64,000 nucleotides of DNA from Tubulanus polymorphus. Its lineage: Eukaryota > Animalia > Nemertea. Shown here one piece after another: positions 1 to 13,270 of this stretch. The DNA lies in contig NC_134033.1 of assembly GCF_964204645.1 (NCBI RefSeq), positions 7,076,655 to 7,140,654 of the forward strand, in the 5' to 3' direction. Below the pieces are notes generated by a model. That model was not told where the DNA came from. It saw only the letters and a list, made by a program, of their open reading frames with translations, and did no database searches. The stretch's first letter is position 1, and each line of letters starts with the position of its first letter. Made by a program: the position numbers and the translations under genes.

Positions 1-6
1 AGAACA

Positions 7-290
7 TTCCATGGTAATTTAGTCTTTCGAATAATAATGGTATGATTATTTCAGTTTGAACAGGATGTCGCCGATGATAACCAGGAATTGCACTAATCAG
101 ATGATGCAGATTATACCCCTGATAGTGAAATGTTACAAGTATAATTATCTCTTTTTCCCTGAGAATATTCCATGGTAATTTTGTTTTTCGAATAATAATG
201 GTATGCGTATTTCAGTTTGAACAGGAGGTCGCCGATTATAACCGGGAAGTGCACGAATCAGATGATGCAGATTATACCCCTGATAATGAA
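7..290 (+). repeat. Two diverged ~120-bp direct repeats, probably duplicated small acidic exons
   Basis: TTCCATGGTAATTT...TTTCAG|TTTGAACAGGA...GATGATGCAGATTATACCCCTGAT at ~7-129 and ~168-290. Confidence 0.6.
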
Positions 291-1403
291 AGCGAATATG
301 ATTCAGATACTTCTGCAGAGATACCAAATTATGAATCCAATCAGTTGAAGCAAGATAAATTACAAACCGAACTAATCGCGATGTGGAAGGTCCTAGTGGA
401 AATTTTGATATTGCATATAGATTACAGTTAAGATCGGGTGAGTAACATGATTGATGGTCGGTGATTTTAAAAATCAAGTTTTAGTTCATTTTTATACGTA
501 CAGTTTTTTTTTCTTTTAGTAACCATACCATACTAACCAATAATAATGGTAAGCGAAATTGTAGCAAGCATGATTACTGTCTTTTCTGCGGAAATTGTTA
601 CAAATCCCGTATCATCGAACACATCAAATCAGTCCACTACGATAACCCAAGAGTGCAAAAGATGATGTTACTTCTTTTGGACTCGCTCGAGAGAAAGAAA
701 GCTCAGAAACTTATTCAGAATGTAGGAAATTATAAGCATAACATAGAGGTGAGGATTCAAATGAGCCTAATAATGAGGGTTTTGGTTAAAAATTCAATTC
801 TCAATCTTAGGTAAATTCAATTTCTGTTTGAAATACAGTAGAATCCTTAATATTCCATGGTACAGGCCGCTCCTGGGTGAATGTCTGAAATCAAATGCTG
901 TATATCGGTAAATTTGAATTGGTCAGTGGTGGTCGATTTATGACTTTGCAATGGTGAGTCCTTTTTAAGTCTGATACTAAATTCGGTATATCATTCCCAT
1001 ATTCGGGAAGTTTGAATTGGTCAGTGATGGTCAGTTTATTAATTTTTCCAAAAAATTTGTGCTTTCAATAGAACATCGATCAGTGATTGGTTGACTTGGC
1101 TTACTTATCACAACTGCACAATTTAAAATGAGTTGACATATTATGGCTGCTGACTAGCTTTATCTTCCGATGACTGTCATCATAAAGCAATTCTGTTGTT
1201 TTAGTAACAATAAAAACCGATAAAGATCTTAATAGATCCACAAAAAGTTGATGTTTTAGGATCGCAACTATAAGGGCATCTCAATGATTGAAGTTGTTAT
1301 AATCGCACCCACCTAGTATCATTAGTGAACTTTGAATTGTCACGACCTTATATATGATTAAATTTCTAAACTTTTTAAAGTAAACAAGAGAAGAGTTAGT
1401 GAA

Positions 1404-1739
1404 TTGGTTATTGCTCGCCGTCCGACTAACAGGAAATATGTTGCATCAGGTTATTTACCATGTGAATATTATCTTGCGTTTTTGATGAAGGATTCATTAT
1501 GGCAACATCTCTATGATTGTTTATTTCGGCCTCAGAATGAAAAACCCCCGATTCGTAATGCTGTACGAAATGGCAGAACCCATCTCCCGCATCTAAAACG
1601 AGGGGATGAACGCGAACAAAGTTTGGAAGAATTCTTCGGCGGTATGAAAGAGACGGCGGCGAATCCAGGGCTTGTCGCTATCTGCAGAAGTGATGAAAAG
1701 CTTTTGCATCAGACTTAATCGACCGAATGGGTCCGAAGG
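1404..1739 (+). pseudogene. 5' part of a tyrosine-recombinase-like (Crypton-like, FNRRR-motif family) ORF interrupted by element A
   Basis: Removing A and one TSD gives the continuous frame DLIDRMGPK|ELHRMKEVDNNRTKVRLLARLL; frameshift near 1697. Confidence 0.6.
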
Positions 1740-2198
1740 AGTAATAGGGATAAAAGGCTTTCAAGCCAAAGGTCGAACGGTCGAGCTCAAAACAAAACAT
1801 TAAAAGTAATTTAAAACTATAATATATTTTCATAACCGTGTGTATTTTATATTATAACTAAATATTTATTCTAAGATATCAATAATTTAAAAAGCATATT
1901 GTATTAAATCAATTGGTCGCTCCACTTCGCTACCGCTCCGCTCCGCGACCAATTGATTTATTTACAATACACAAATTCATGTAATCAAATATATTTTAAT
2001 AATAATTATTATTCTATTATTTAACTGAAATACACACGGTTATGAAAATATATTATAGTTTTAAATTACTTTTAATGTTTTGTTTTTAATGAACTCGACC
2101 ATTCAACCTTTAACCTGAAAGCCTATTATCCCTATTACTCTTAAAGTAATCATATACATGAATAACATTTAAATTGGCAGATTATTCAATATAAAAGT
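1740..2198. repeat. Left TIR of element A, internally palindromic
   Basis: Reverse complement of 18240-18468 plus 35323-35557; 1740-~1847 is also inverted at ~2028-2139; central hairpin 1905-1960. Confidence 0.92.
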
Positions 2199-2347
2199 AT
2201 ATATTTACAACATTATTTCAATATTTATATTTGTATGAGTTAGATTTTTAAACATTAAAAGTGTTAGTAAAGTGTGATTGAAATAATACATAATATAAAT
2301 CATTGAACTTCTAAAATCAATTTTAATAAAAATATTTTAGTATTAAA

Positions 2348-5300
2348 ATGGAAGCAAATAAGTACTACTGTCCAACATGTAATATCAATATAGATAAATC
2401 CCAAAAAGCAAGACACAATAAAACTAAAACACATTTAGAGAATAAATTGAAACTAGAATATAAAGATGATATATTATAAACTAAATTAGATAGTTAAAGA
2501 ATGAAAAAGAAACATACAAATGTGATACATGTAATCAATCATTCAGTGATAAAAGATATTATAATGAACATTTAAAATCTAAAAGTCATATTAGAAATAA
2601 GAATAATGATATTTTAGGTGAAGATTATTTTGATAAAGATAATGATAAGAAACAGAAGACAATTAAAAGCATGAAAAATAAATTAAACAATAAAAGACCA
2701 TACATGGAAGATGTAAGAAAATATATTAATTCATTAGATAATAAAAAAGATATAGAGATAACCGAAGCATTTAAAAGTGATATTGGCCCAGCAGCTATCG
2801 AGTTTAAATTTCATAAAGGAAAAACTTTAGAAGAAAATAAAAAACATTTAGAAAATATGAAAAATATTATAAAAATAATAACTGATGTTGAATATCCTAA
2901 AATTAGTATATCTTCTAAAGTTAAATTCATAAAATCTGAAGATAAACCAATATATAATATAAATTCTCATTCACAACATATTATATCTAAACAACATATA
3001 GATAAAAAAAAGAATATAGAGAAATATTTTGAAGGATCTGGTTTAATATTCGATGAAATAATATTTATGACTTTACATGTTTATAACACAAAATATAATA
3101 AGTTAACTAAATCAAAACGAATAGATGAAAATAATGTATCATATTATAAAGAACCAGATATTGAAGCATCAAGTTATATTAAACTACCATTTAAAACTAA
3201 TGCTGTAATAAATGTACAAAATGAAGATGATAAATGTTTTCTATGGGCTATAATAAGTTGTTTACACCCAGTTGAAGATTATAAACAACATAGTTTTAGA
3301 TTAACTCATTATAAACAATTTGAAAATAATTATAAGATAGATAAGTATCCTGTTATAATTAAAAACATCCCAAAAATAGAAAGAGATAATAATTTAAGAA
3401 TAAATGTATTTGATTTAATCAAATTACCAAATACAAAAGGTAACAACATAAAACATTATACATTAGAACCTTTTTACCTATCAAAAGATTATGATTCAAA
3501 CGATGTTATAGATATACTATATTATGAGAATCATTATATGTGGATTAAACAAATAGATTTATTCTTTAGAACAGAAAGTGATCACCATAATAAAATATAT
3601 CTTTGTAGAAAATGTTTACATAGATTCAGTAATGAAAGTACATTATTAAATCATAAACAATTATGTGAAAATCATGATTATTGTAAATTAGTTTTACCAA
3701 ATGAAAAGGATAAAATATTAGAATTCAAAAAATATGATTACAAAAATAAAGTACCATTTGTAATATATGGAGATTTTGAATCATTAAATAAAGAATTAAC
3801 TGATCAAGAAAGAAAAGAAATATATTATAAAAGAAAGAAATTAAATTCTCATGAAAATGATTTTTCAGATGAACCACCAATTACAAATACTATTAAAAAG
3901 ATTCATCAATCAGCTGCAGCTTTCGGGTTATATATAAAATCTGATTATCCAGAACTAATTAAAAGTGAATATTATCATTATAGAAATGAAAATGTTATCA
4001 ATCATTTGTGTGACTTATTAATTGAATATGAAATAAGATGTAGTAAATTATTGAATACAAATATAGAAATTATAATGACAGAAGAAGATAAAGAAGAATT
4101 TGCGTTTTCAGATAAATGTTATTATTGTGAAAAGATATTTAATTTTAGAGATAAAAAAGTAAGAGACCATGATCATTCGAATGGAAAGTTTAGAGGCGCT
4201 GCACATGAGAATTGTAACTTACAAGCTAAGAAAATTAACTTTGTGCCAGTTATATTTCATAATCTATCAGGATATGATGCGCATTTATTCATCAAACAGT
4301 TATGTCGTAAAATAGAAGAAATTAATAATGAAATAGAAAGATTAAATTCAAATAGATCAAAAGATAAAATACCAACTTATAAATTTAGAATGTTAGCTAA
4401 AACATCTGAGAATTATATATCATTCCAATTTGGTTGCCTAAGATTTATAGATTCATATAGATTTTTAAATAGTTCATTAGATAACTTATCAAAATCATTA
4501 GTTGATGATGAATTGAAAATATTAAAACAACACTATCCAAATAATGATGATTTTCAATTAATGAGATATAAAGGCGCAATTCCATATTCTTTCTATAAAA
4601 ATCATAATGATTTCAATATAACTGAATTATTAAAAGAACAATTCTATGATGAATTAAAAAATGGATATGTTAAAGATGAAGTATATAATAGAACATTGAA
4701 TATTTGGAATCATTTCAAAATAGAAAATCATGGGCAATTAGTAGATATATATTTAAAATCAGATGTATTATTATTAACCGATATATTCGAAAGGTTTAGA
4801 GATGTAAACCTAAAATATTTTAATATTGATCCTTGTCATTGTTATTCTAGTCCAGGTTTAACATGGGATTGTGGATTAAAATTTACAGATATAAAAATGG
4901 ATTTGTTAACAAATATAGATCAATTACTATTATTTGAAAAATCTATAAGAGGAAGAGTTTCAGGTGTATTAGGTGATAGATATTTCAATGTAAATGATAA
5001 CCCTGGATATAAGTTATTATATATAGATGCAAATAATTTATATGGTTGGGCAATGATGGAACCACAACCTTATGGAGTATTTGAAATAAGTGAAGTTTTA
5101 CAGAATGAAAATAATGACAAATTTGATTGGAAGAAATGAATTCTGGATATTGCAGATGATTCAGATACTGGTTACTTTTTTGTTGTAGATTTAGAATATC
5201 CTGAACATATTAAATTAAAATCTAGAAATCTAGCATACTGTCCAGAACATAAAACTGTAACTCATGAAGAATTATCAAATTACCAAAAAAGAATTAAACC

Positions 5301-6375
5301 CGAAAATCATATTCATACGGAAAAGTTAATGGTAACTCAGGAAGACAAATATAATTATGTAGTACATTATAGAATGTTAAAGTTTTATTTGAATCAAGGA
5401 ATGATTCTAAAAAAAGTACATAGATATATTTCATTCAGTCAATCTAAGTGGTTAGAAAAATATATAGATTTTAACACCAAACAGAGAACTGAAGCTAAAA
5501 CTGATTTCGAGAAAGATTTCTTCAAGTTAATGAATAATGCATTCTATGGTAAGACTTGTGAAAATATTAGAAATAGAAATGATATTGAGTTAGTCAGTAA
5601 TGGTAAAAGAATTAGACATTTACAAACATATCCTAAGTTCATTGGTAACAGAATATTTGATGAAAATTTAGCTGCAGTTAAGATGAGAAGAACATCAATG
5701 AAATTTAATAAACCAATCTATGTTGGCGCATCAGTTTTAGAATTATCAAAATTACTAAGGTATGAATTCTATTATAATGTATTACAACCACTTTTTGGAG
5801 AAAAACATATAGAAATATTATATTTTGATACCGACAGTTACATATTAAAGATAAAAACTGATAACATTACTGATGATTTAAAAACATTAAAACATCATTT
5901 TGATTTCAGTAATTATCCTAAAGATCATGAATTGTTTAGCAATGATAATAAAAAAGTTCCCGGTAAACTCAAAGATGAATTAGGCGGTGAAGAAATGATA
6001 GAGTTCATCGGTATTAGATCTAAAATGTATTCATATAAAACTAAAGAACATGAAGCTAAAAAGTTAAAAGGAATAACCAAAAGTGTAGTAGAAAAGAATA
6101 TTCATTTAAAAAAATTCAATTTCAAAGATTACATCAATTGTATATTCAATGAAGAAGTTAGAAAACATAAGATGAGATGTTTAGGATCTGAAGATCACGA
6201 GATGTTTATTGAAGAAATTGAAAAGGTTAGTTTGAATCCATTTGATGATAAAAGATATATTTTAGATGATGGAATTCATACAGTCGCGTATGGTTGCAAT
6301 TTTGATGAATATCTAAAATTTAAAAGAGCAGAAACAAGAGAGAATGAGATTATGAACAGGATTATAACGTGTTAA
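2348..6375 (+). pseudogene. pPolB: Protein-primed family B DNA polymerase of A, with N-terminal C2H2 fingers and an endonuclease VII-like insert; intein-free
   Basis: ExoI YGDFES, ExoII FHNLSGYD, motif A YIDANNLYG, motif B KLMNNAFYGK, motif C YFDTDS, DHDH..FRGAAH..CN; disrupted at ~2480-2520 and by an in-frame TGA at 5137-5139 (ORFs 2671-5139 and 5329-6375 share a frame). Confidence 0.93.
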
Positions 6376-6404
6376 TCAAATTTTAATAAAAATATGTATT
6401 ATAA

Positions 6405-6758
6405 ATGGAGAGTAAACAAGCACACAGTGAGAACAACAAATTATTTCTAGATAGAATAAAAGATACTTCAAATGTCAAATCAGTAGATTATAAGTTTAAG
6501 AAGTTAAAAGAATTAACAATCCATAAGAAATATCTAATTACAAATATTGATACAGTTACTAACAAATATGGAGATAAATTAGTTATACACTTAGAATATG
6601 AAGGATTAAAAGGAAATACATATAAAGTCGGAACATATTTACCAGATAGATTTCATAGATTATCAAGTGAAGATTTAGAAGAATTATGTTCTGGTGATTT
6701 CTATTTCGTATACAAAGGTAAGAATGAAAAAGGGCACCATGAAATAGATTTCGAATAA
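6405..6758 (+). CDS. Small protein, possibly OB-fold ssDNA-binding; homolog of 34635-34961
   Basis: Shares KKL..KYG.K..LPD..LS.E..Y.GKNE.GHH with the B copy; function is inference. Confidence 0.55.
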   Translation: MESKQAHSENNKLFLDRIKDTSNVKSVDYKFKKLKELTIHKKYLITNIDTVTNKYGDKLVIHLEYEGLKGNTYKVGTYLPDRFHRLSSEDLEELCSGDFYFVYKGKNEKGHHEIDFE

Positions 6759-6775
6759 GAAAATATGTAAAATAA

Positions 6776-7501
6776 ATGGTAGAATTAAAAGAATACAGAA
6801 TATTTGTTGATTCTAGAAAACTTCAATTAGATAGAGAATTTAAGAATTGTGTTGATTTAAAATTAGTTAATATAAGTTTATGTAATTCTTTTCATAATAT
6901 ATCGAATAAAAGTCTCGATCATTTAGTTTTTAAAATTCATGTTAGAAATTTGAATAAATGGTTTCATCTTTATCGAAAACAAGGATTATATAATTTAGAA
7001 ACATTAGCGCAAGAAAATAATAGAAGAGCTCGTTTAAAAATGGGCGCATCTGCTAGATTTGAAATTAAATTTATCAAAAGTGATAGTTCGAATAAAATAA
7101 GAATAAAGTTAACTAATGAACAACATAGATTTCTAGTAAGAAAACCTTTAGCTAAACTGTTTGGAATTCTCCCGGATAGAGATTATTCAAGTATCGAAAC
7201 TTATACAAATTTAATGACTTTTACACATTTTTATATTTATTGCAATTTAATCAATCCTACAAAAACATTTGAAGCAACTAAAGATACAATTTGTAATTCT
7301 AGTATATCAAATATTTTACCATTAAAAAATGTCAAACAATTTGAAACTCAAATAAATTATAATTTAACTGAAAGTGATTTTAAACCTTGTATTCCACATT
7401 TCAATAATTTTAAATTAGAAATAAGAAATCATAATGGTTATTTAATTGATTTGAATAACTTTCCTGTGATATATGAATTAGTTATAAGATGTAAAGAGTA
7501 A
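6776..7501 (+). CDS. Minor capsid (penton-like) protein candidate, A
   Basis: Beta-rich; HFYIYCNLI and C-terminal LEIRNHNGYLIDLNNFPVIYELVI resemble Polinton minor capsid proteins; short N-terminal deletion versus B. Confidence 0.65.
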   Translation: MVELKEYRIFVDSRKLQLDREFKNCVDLKLVNISLCNSFHNISNKSLDHLVFKIHVRNLNKWFHLYRKQGLYNLETLAQENNRRARLKMGASARFEIKFIKSDSSNKIRIKLTNEQHRFLVRKPLAKLFGILPDRDYSSIETYTNLMTFTHFYIYCNLINPTKTFEATKDTICNSSISNILPLKNVKQFETQINYNLTESDFKPCIPHFNNFKLEIRNHNGYLIDLNNFPVIYELVIRCKE

Positions 7502-7517
7502 TTTTTTCACTATATAA

Positions 7518-7874
7518 ATGAATATAACTGTTGCGCCGAGTATATGTTTTGGGTTTGATTTTAAACATGAGAAAGAAATGAAATTTAACGTTAATGATGT
7601 AATTACACATATCAAAAATATTGCATTTTCTAATGAAACAACATTTGAGTATGAAACAACAATAGATAAAGAAACTTTAAATGTCGAAAAGATTACTAAT
7701 TTAATTAGAGAATCTTTAAGATTTTATGAATTAGATGAAGATTTTATCATCGATGATATTAAAAAAATGATAATTGAAATATATACAAATGAAACTAGTA
7801 ATGACATAAATGTTGATTTAATCATCACTAAGATAACTAAATATTTTGATGATAGTAATTTTTTTGATAAATAA
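7518..7874 (+). CDS. Conserved hypothetical protein, A
   Basis: Near-identical to 25790-26146. Confidence 0.8.
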   Translation: MNITVAPSICFGFDFKHEKEMKFNVNDVITHIKNIAFSNETTFEYETTIDKETLNVEKITNLIRESLRFYELDEDFIIDDIKKMIIEIYTNETSNDINVDLIITKITKYFDDSNFFDK

Positions 7875-8111
7875 ATGAGTGATAATAAGTGGATAATAAC
7901 TGGATTATATAATGGCGAATTACTATCAGTTGGAACTGTTGGTTATTCAATGGTATTAAAAAAAGTATTTAAAATGGGAAGTGTTAATGTTGATAGATTT
8001 GATATAACTGATATTTTAAAACGTTTATTATTTATTTTAACGTTAGCAGTTACTTTATCTAATTTAACTATTGATTATTTGGAAAAACAAAAATATATTC
8101 CTCCCATATAA
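7875..8111 (+). CDS. Small hydrophobic or membrane protein, A
   Basis: Near-identical to 26147-26368 with a 5-aa insertion. Confidence 0.75.
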   Translation: MSDNKWIITGLYNGELLSVGTVGYSMVLKKVFKMGSVNVDRFDITDILKRLLFILTLAVTLSNLTIDYLEKQKYIPPI

Positions 8112-8135
8112 ATGCGTAATTATTTTACTAAATAA

Positions 8136-8558
8136 ATGGCTTCTGCAGTTATAACTATTATAGGATCAGCAATTGTTAACGCTTTAGCATTTACTGGTGG
8201 CGGTTATTTATTCAAGCATATTGATAAAAATGGTTCATTAACAGAACAAAAAAGACATAACTTAGCATTAGAGAAATATAATAAAGCAGCAGAAGAATAT
8301 AGAGAAAAGAGGCAAAACTATATGGATTATATTAACAAGGAATTATATGATCAGAAGATTTCACATAGAGATTTTCAATCAGTTGATGATGCAATGAGTT
8401 TATATAACGCGGTAACCAATAAAGAAAAATTACATCTATACAAACCTAAATTATCAGATTATTATACCCCAAGTAAAGAACAACAGAAATATGAAATAAT
8501 TTGGATTTTAGGTGGAACAGTTATTGTTATATTTGTTGCTTATAAGTTTACTAATTAG
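8136..8558 (+). CDS. Membrane protein with N- and C-terminal hydrophobic helices, A
   Basis: Near-identical to 26393-26815. Confidence 0.8.
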   Translation: MASAVITIIGSAIVNALAFTGGGYLFKHIDKNGSLTEQKRHNLALEKYNKAAEEYREKRQNYMDYINKELYDQKISHRDFQSVDDAMSLYNAVTNKEKLHLYKPKLSDYYTPSKEQQKYEIIWILGGTVIVIFVAYKFTN

Positions 8559-8580
8559 TAATTTTTTTTTGCTAAATAAA

Positions 8581-9003
8581 TTGATGATAATATTGATATT
8601 ATTCCTCATGATATAAATAAAACTAAATTAAAAACATATTTAGAAAAACAAATATTAGAATTTGAAAGTGACAAAGATAAAAAAGAAAAAATATTTAAAA
8701 AGTAAAATTATATATTATCTTATTATTAGTGGTTCGGTTACAATTAGTTCTGTAATAACATTTCTAGCAATATTCAGTCCATTAACACCTTTAGCTATAT
8801 CAATTGGCGTACTAGGATTAAGTTCAAGTGTTTTAACCGGTATAAGTTCAAAATTGAATATAAAAAAGTAATAAAGAAAAAATTAAAACTAAAATAAAAG
8901 AAATGAATAAATTAAAGAACACACTAGATTATATAATAAGTTTAAATCGTCATATAACAGTTGAAGAACAAGATAAATTATTAAAAGAATTAATAAATTA
9001 TTA
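8581..9003 (+). pseudogene. Two-TM protein, A (start lost, frameshifted)
   Basis: Aligns with intact 26835-27269. Confidence 0.8.
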
Positions 9004-9020
9004 ATTTTTTAATTATATAA

Positions 9021-10355
9021 ATGGCAGATTGTTTTCCAAAAGCTTTCCAATATAATAAATCAATTAAATATGATATTCCAGCAATAGATTTTAATAAAGA
9101 TATTACATATAGAAATGAAGTTTTAAATTCATTAATTGATTTATATATTTATGTTACTGAAAGTAATAATTTTCTTGTAAAGATGGAAAATATATTTCAT
9201 GTGTATACAATTAATTTCAAAAATTTAAATGAGGCAAAACAATGGTTATTAAAATCTAATATGAAGTATTGGCAAAACCAATTAAATTTTGCTGTTTATT
9301 GCGCAACAACAGGATGTGGTATAAGTTGGAATGATCATTTAAACAAACCAAGTTTACCATTGATGTTATCACTTTTTAGATTTCATACTTATTTTCAAAT
9401 AAAATTAATATTAGATGAATTAGAATGTCCTTTACCAGGTTCAAAATATTTTAAAGAATTGAATAATAATATTAATTTTTCTAAGTTTTATAAAATATGT
9501 AATGAATTTAATATTAATTCAAATAAAGATTTTAGAGCATAAATTGGAACAATGGGTGGCTTAGGAATATTGTATACTAAAGAATTTGGAAAAATAATGA
9601 CAAAGTCAGATATAAGAACACTAAATTGGAATGAATTACCAAAATATTATAATAATATAAAACAACAAAACAATAATGGTTGGGTTAATTTCATTTTAGA
9701 AAATAGTGAAGGTTTTACTAAAGCTGGTATACAAAGAATAAAACAATCTATTAGAACTTATTTGATATGTATTTTAGGTGCGCAAGTTGAAACAAGATCC
9801 CCAATAATTGGAAATGATAACACTTCATTCGATGCGCAGAAACAATTCAAAGTATTATTTGAAGATTTAATTCATAATGATAAAAATAGATCGATTCCAG
9901 AAAACATTGTAAGATATCAAAATTATTTAGATAAATCACATATTAGATTAAATTATTGTATAGGCCCTAATCTATTAATTATTTCTAATGATTTAGTATT
10001 AAAGATGGGAAACATAATTGGTTACAATAATCTAATTAAAACTGCAACAATAAATAATTCATTTGGATTAAATGATATAAATAAAAAGATTATTACTGCT
10101 CCAAAATTAATGGAAGGTGAAAAAAATAAAAAACATATTCAATCAACAGAAACTAAAACTAAGAATATTAAATTAAATAATGATTCTAAAATAAAAGATT
10201 ACAATACATCAGAAAATATAAAAACTGATAATATTCAACATGATATAATTAAACTAAATGATGATAATAAATCCCATGAAAATGCTAAATTAGCTTTAAC
10301 TTGTATAGGAATTGTAATCGGAGGAATATTATATTTTAAATTTTTTATTATATAA
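9021..10355 (+). pseudogene. C-terminally anchored putative virion protein, A (nonsense at 9540-9542)
   Basis: Aligns with intact 27286-28701; AAA to TAA change. Confidence 0.85.
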
Positions 10356-11973
10356 ATGGATGAAGAAATTCCATTGGATCCTTTAGATGAACCCGGTATA
10401 AGTGATGAACAACAACCTGATTTTAGTGAAACAAGTTTTAGTAATGATAATAAAACAGAATATAATACTAATTTAGGTGAAGATGATGATTATGATGATG
10501 ATTCCGAATTACGTGAAAAATTATATAAATATTTAAAAGCTCCTGAAATTGGTAGAATTTAAACTAGAAGAGAAAGAAAAGAATTTATGGAACTATTAGT
10601 AGAACAACAAGAAAAATATCCTGATAAACATATGGAATTATATAAAATGAAATCTAGAGTAACAGATACAATTGTTTACGAATTATTACCAAAAGTTGTA
10701 ATACATGATATTGATACAGAAGGTGTTGTAGAACAAATTTTTAAAGATGACCCATATTTCACGAATAATTTAGAATTTAAAAATGATTCATGGTATTATA
10801 ATGTTAATTTAAATAACAAAATTGTATCAATTCAATTATCTAAAATGGGTCAAGAAAATATTTTTGAACCTGAAATGTTAGCAAGATCTACAATTGAACG
10901 TTCAAAAGGTGGCAAAGAATTTCTCAGAATTATATGGAATGCACTCGATAGAATAAATAAAGAAGAACCAATTCCTAATATTGATATAAACAAATATTCA
11001 CCATTTAAAAATCCATTTAAAAATCCAAATCCAAATCCTACTGATGTTGATCCAGAAACATCGAGAAGAGATATTCAACAAATTGATAATGATTCAATTA
11101 CAATTAGTATTAGAAGAACAAATTGATAGATTGAGAGATTCAGAAGAAGAGGTGAATAGTACTGGAATAAATCGAATGCAATCTTTACTAGAAAAAGGAT
11201 TACTTAATTTAACTGATGAAGAATTAGAAGCATTTCCTGAACAAATACGTAGAGAAATTAAAGGTATACAAGTATCAGCTGATGAAAATGCTAATATTAA
11301 GATGAGATTTTCTAAAATAACCATGTTAGAAAAAGAATTAGCTAATGCAGATGAAGAATTAAAACAATTAGAATTAAATAGAGATCTTATAGTAATTTAT
11401 AAAGCTGATTATGAAAGCGGAAAGTTAGCTTTAGTAAAAGAAATAGATGATTTAAAATATAATATAGAATTACAGAAAGAAGAAAGAGATACATTATTAA
11501 AATCATATGATCTTAATCACATTAAAAAATTAAAAGTTATTTTTAAAGATTTGTTGATTAAACCAAATTCTAAAATATCATTAAAAGACAGAATAAGATT
11601 ATTATTTAAGTTAGAAGGTATAACAATTCTTTCAATTCTAACATCTGTAACTATGGTATTAACAACAATTGGTTTAGCAATATCAAATGCTTTGAAATCT
11701 ACTCCTACTCCCAATAAACCGGATAAACCCCCAAATAATAATTCTATACAAGATAAAGTTAAAGATGGTTTAAAGAAATTAGCCAAATATTTATGGGAAC
11801 TATCTACAAAATCTGCTGCAGCATTGCCAGGAGTTATTGCATCAATTGTTGGTTTTATATTGAAATCTGCAGGAAACATTATTAACTTTGCTGCTGAACA
11901 TATTATTTTATTTTTAATTACAGTTGTAAGTGCAATTATTTTTGGGTTAGTAAACATGATAAAAAATAAATAA
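10356..11973 (+). pseudogene. Acidic/coiled-coil protein with C-terminal TM helices, A (disrupted)
   Basis: C-terminal ~145 aa near-identical to 28718-30253; split into three ORFs. Confidence 0.8.
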
Positions 11974-11993
11974 TTAATTTTTTTGTTAAATAA

Positions 11994-13238
11994 ATGAGTG
12001 GGAGTTATATCAATCCTTCTAAGAATCATAGAATATCTAATGCTATTAAAGCAGAAAGATCACATCATATAATTACTCATAACCCTTCTAATATTAATCC
12101 CGGTGAAACTTTATATGTTAGAATTCCGAGATTAACACAAAATACTTTTTACGTTCCAAATAGTATTTATTTATCAGCCGATATAAAAGTAATTGGTCAT
12201 GATAATAATTATGTTGTTGATAATGTTGGAAGATATTTGATTAAAAAATTAACAATAAAGTTTGGTCCAGAAACAGTTTTCTCATAAGATCATTATAATT
12301 TATTTATGCATTATAAAGATTTATGGTTAACTAAAGAAAACAGAAATAATATGATATTTCAAGGCATCCAATCAGAAAACCAAAATAAATTAAGATCAGG
12401 AGCTAATGACGCAATAGTAACTCGTACCGCAGATAATTTGATAAAAAAGATTTATGGAAGCAAATATAAAATTTCATTAGACTTTGAATTGATAAATAAT
12501 AATGCGCCTTTATATAAATACGCAATTCAAGAAGACGTTATATTCGAAATAACATTTGCTCCTGTAAATGAAATTGTATTATCTAGCGTTAATAAAGATA
12601 TGGGTTATAAATTATCGAATATATGTTTAGAATATGATACAGTTACTGATGAAAATATTTCAAGTATAATTCAAACTAAATACAATCAAGGATTTTCATT
12701 ATTATATGATTATATTGATAGATTTAAAACCGTAACTATTAATGCAAATGATGAAATTATTAATGAGAATATTAACTTCCCAAGAAGATCTATTAAAGGT
12801 ATATTAATATTTTTTACCATTGCAACATATACTAATGGCGCAATAAATGTTGATAATTATTATAATCCTGAAATAACAAAAATAGAAATAACTATCGAAG
12901 GAATAGCAAATAAAATATTTTGTCAAGGAATGAGAATGATTGATCATTGGCCAGAAATTAGAAAACATTTTATGAATGAAAAAGTGAAATCTGAAAATTG
13001 TAATATTAATCAAATTGATTATTATACCGGTAATAAATATGCATTATGGTTAGATTTTAGAACAACAGAGGATAATTCATTACATGGGTCTGGAAAAAAA
13101 TTATAGAACACTAAAGATGGAATACAATTATTCATGACAAAGAATAAAGGAATCAAAAATTTCAAAATGCACATTTATATTATATCTGACGCGCAATTAA
13201 ATATTGTAAATTCTCAATTAAATAGTGTTATGTATTAA
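11994..13238 (+). pseudogene. Major capsid protein candidate, A (two nonsense codons)
   Basis: Colinear with 30274-31521; stops at 12285-12287 (TTA to TAA) and 13104-13106 (CAG to TAG). Confidence 0.8.
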
Positions 13239-13270
13239 AATTTTAACTTAAATAAAAATATATATAATAA

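Noticed and set aside
11094-12029. Antisense ORFs such as 11517-12029, 29794-30159, 47269-47595 and 60321-60617
   Set aside because: Shadows of real plus-strand genes with no motifs or TAAATG start
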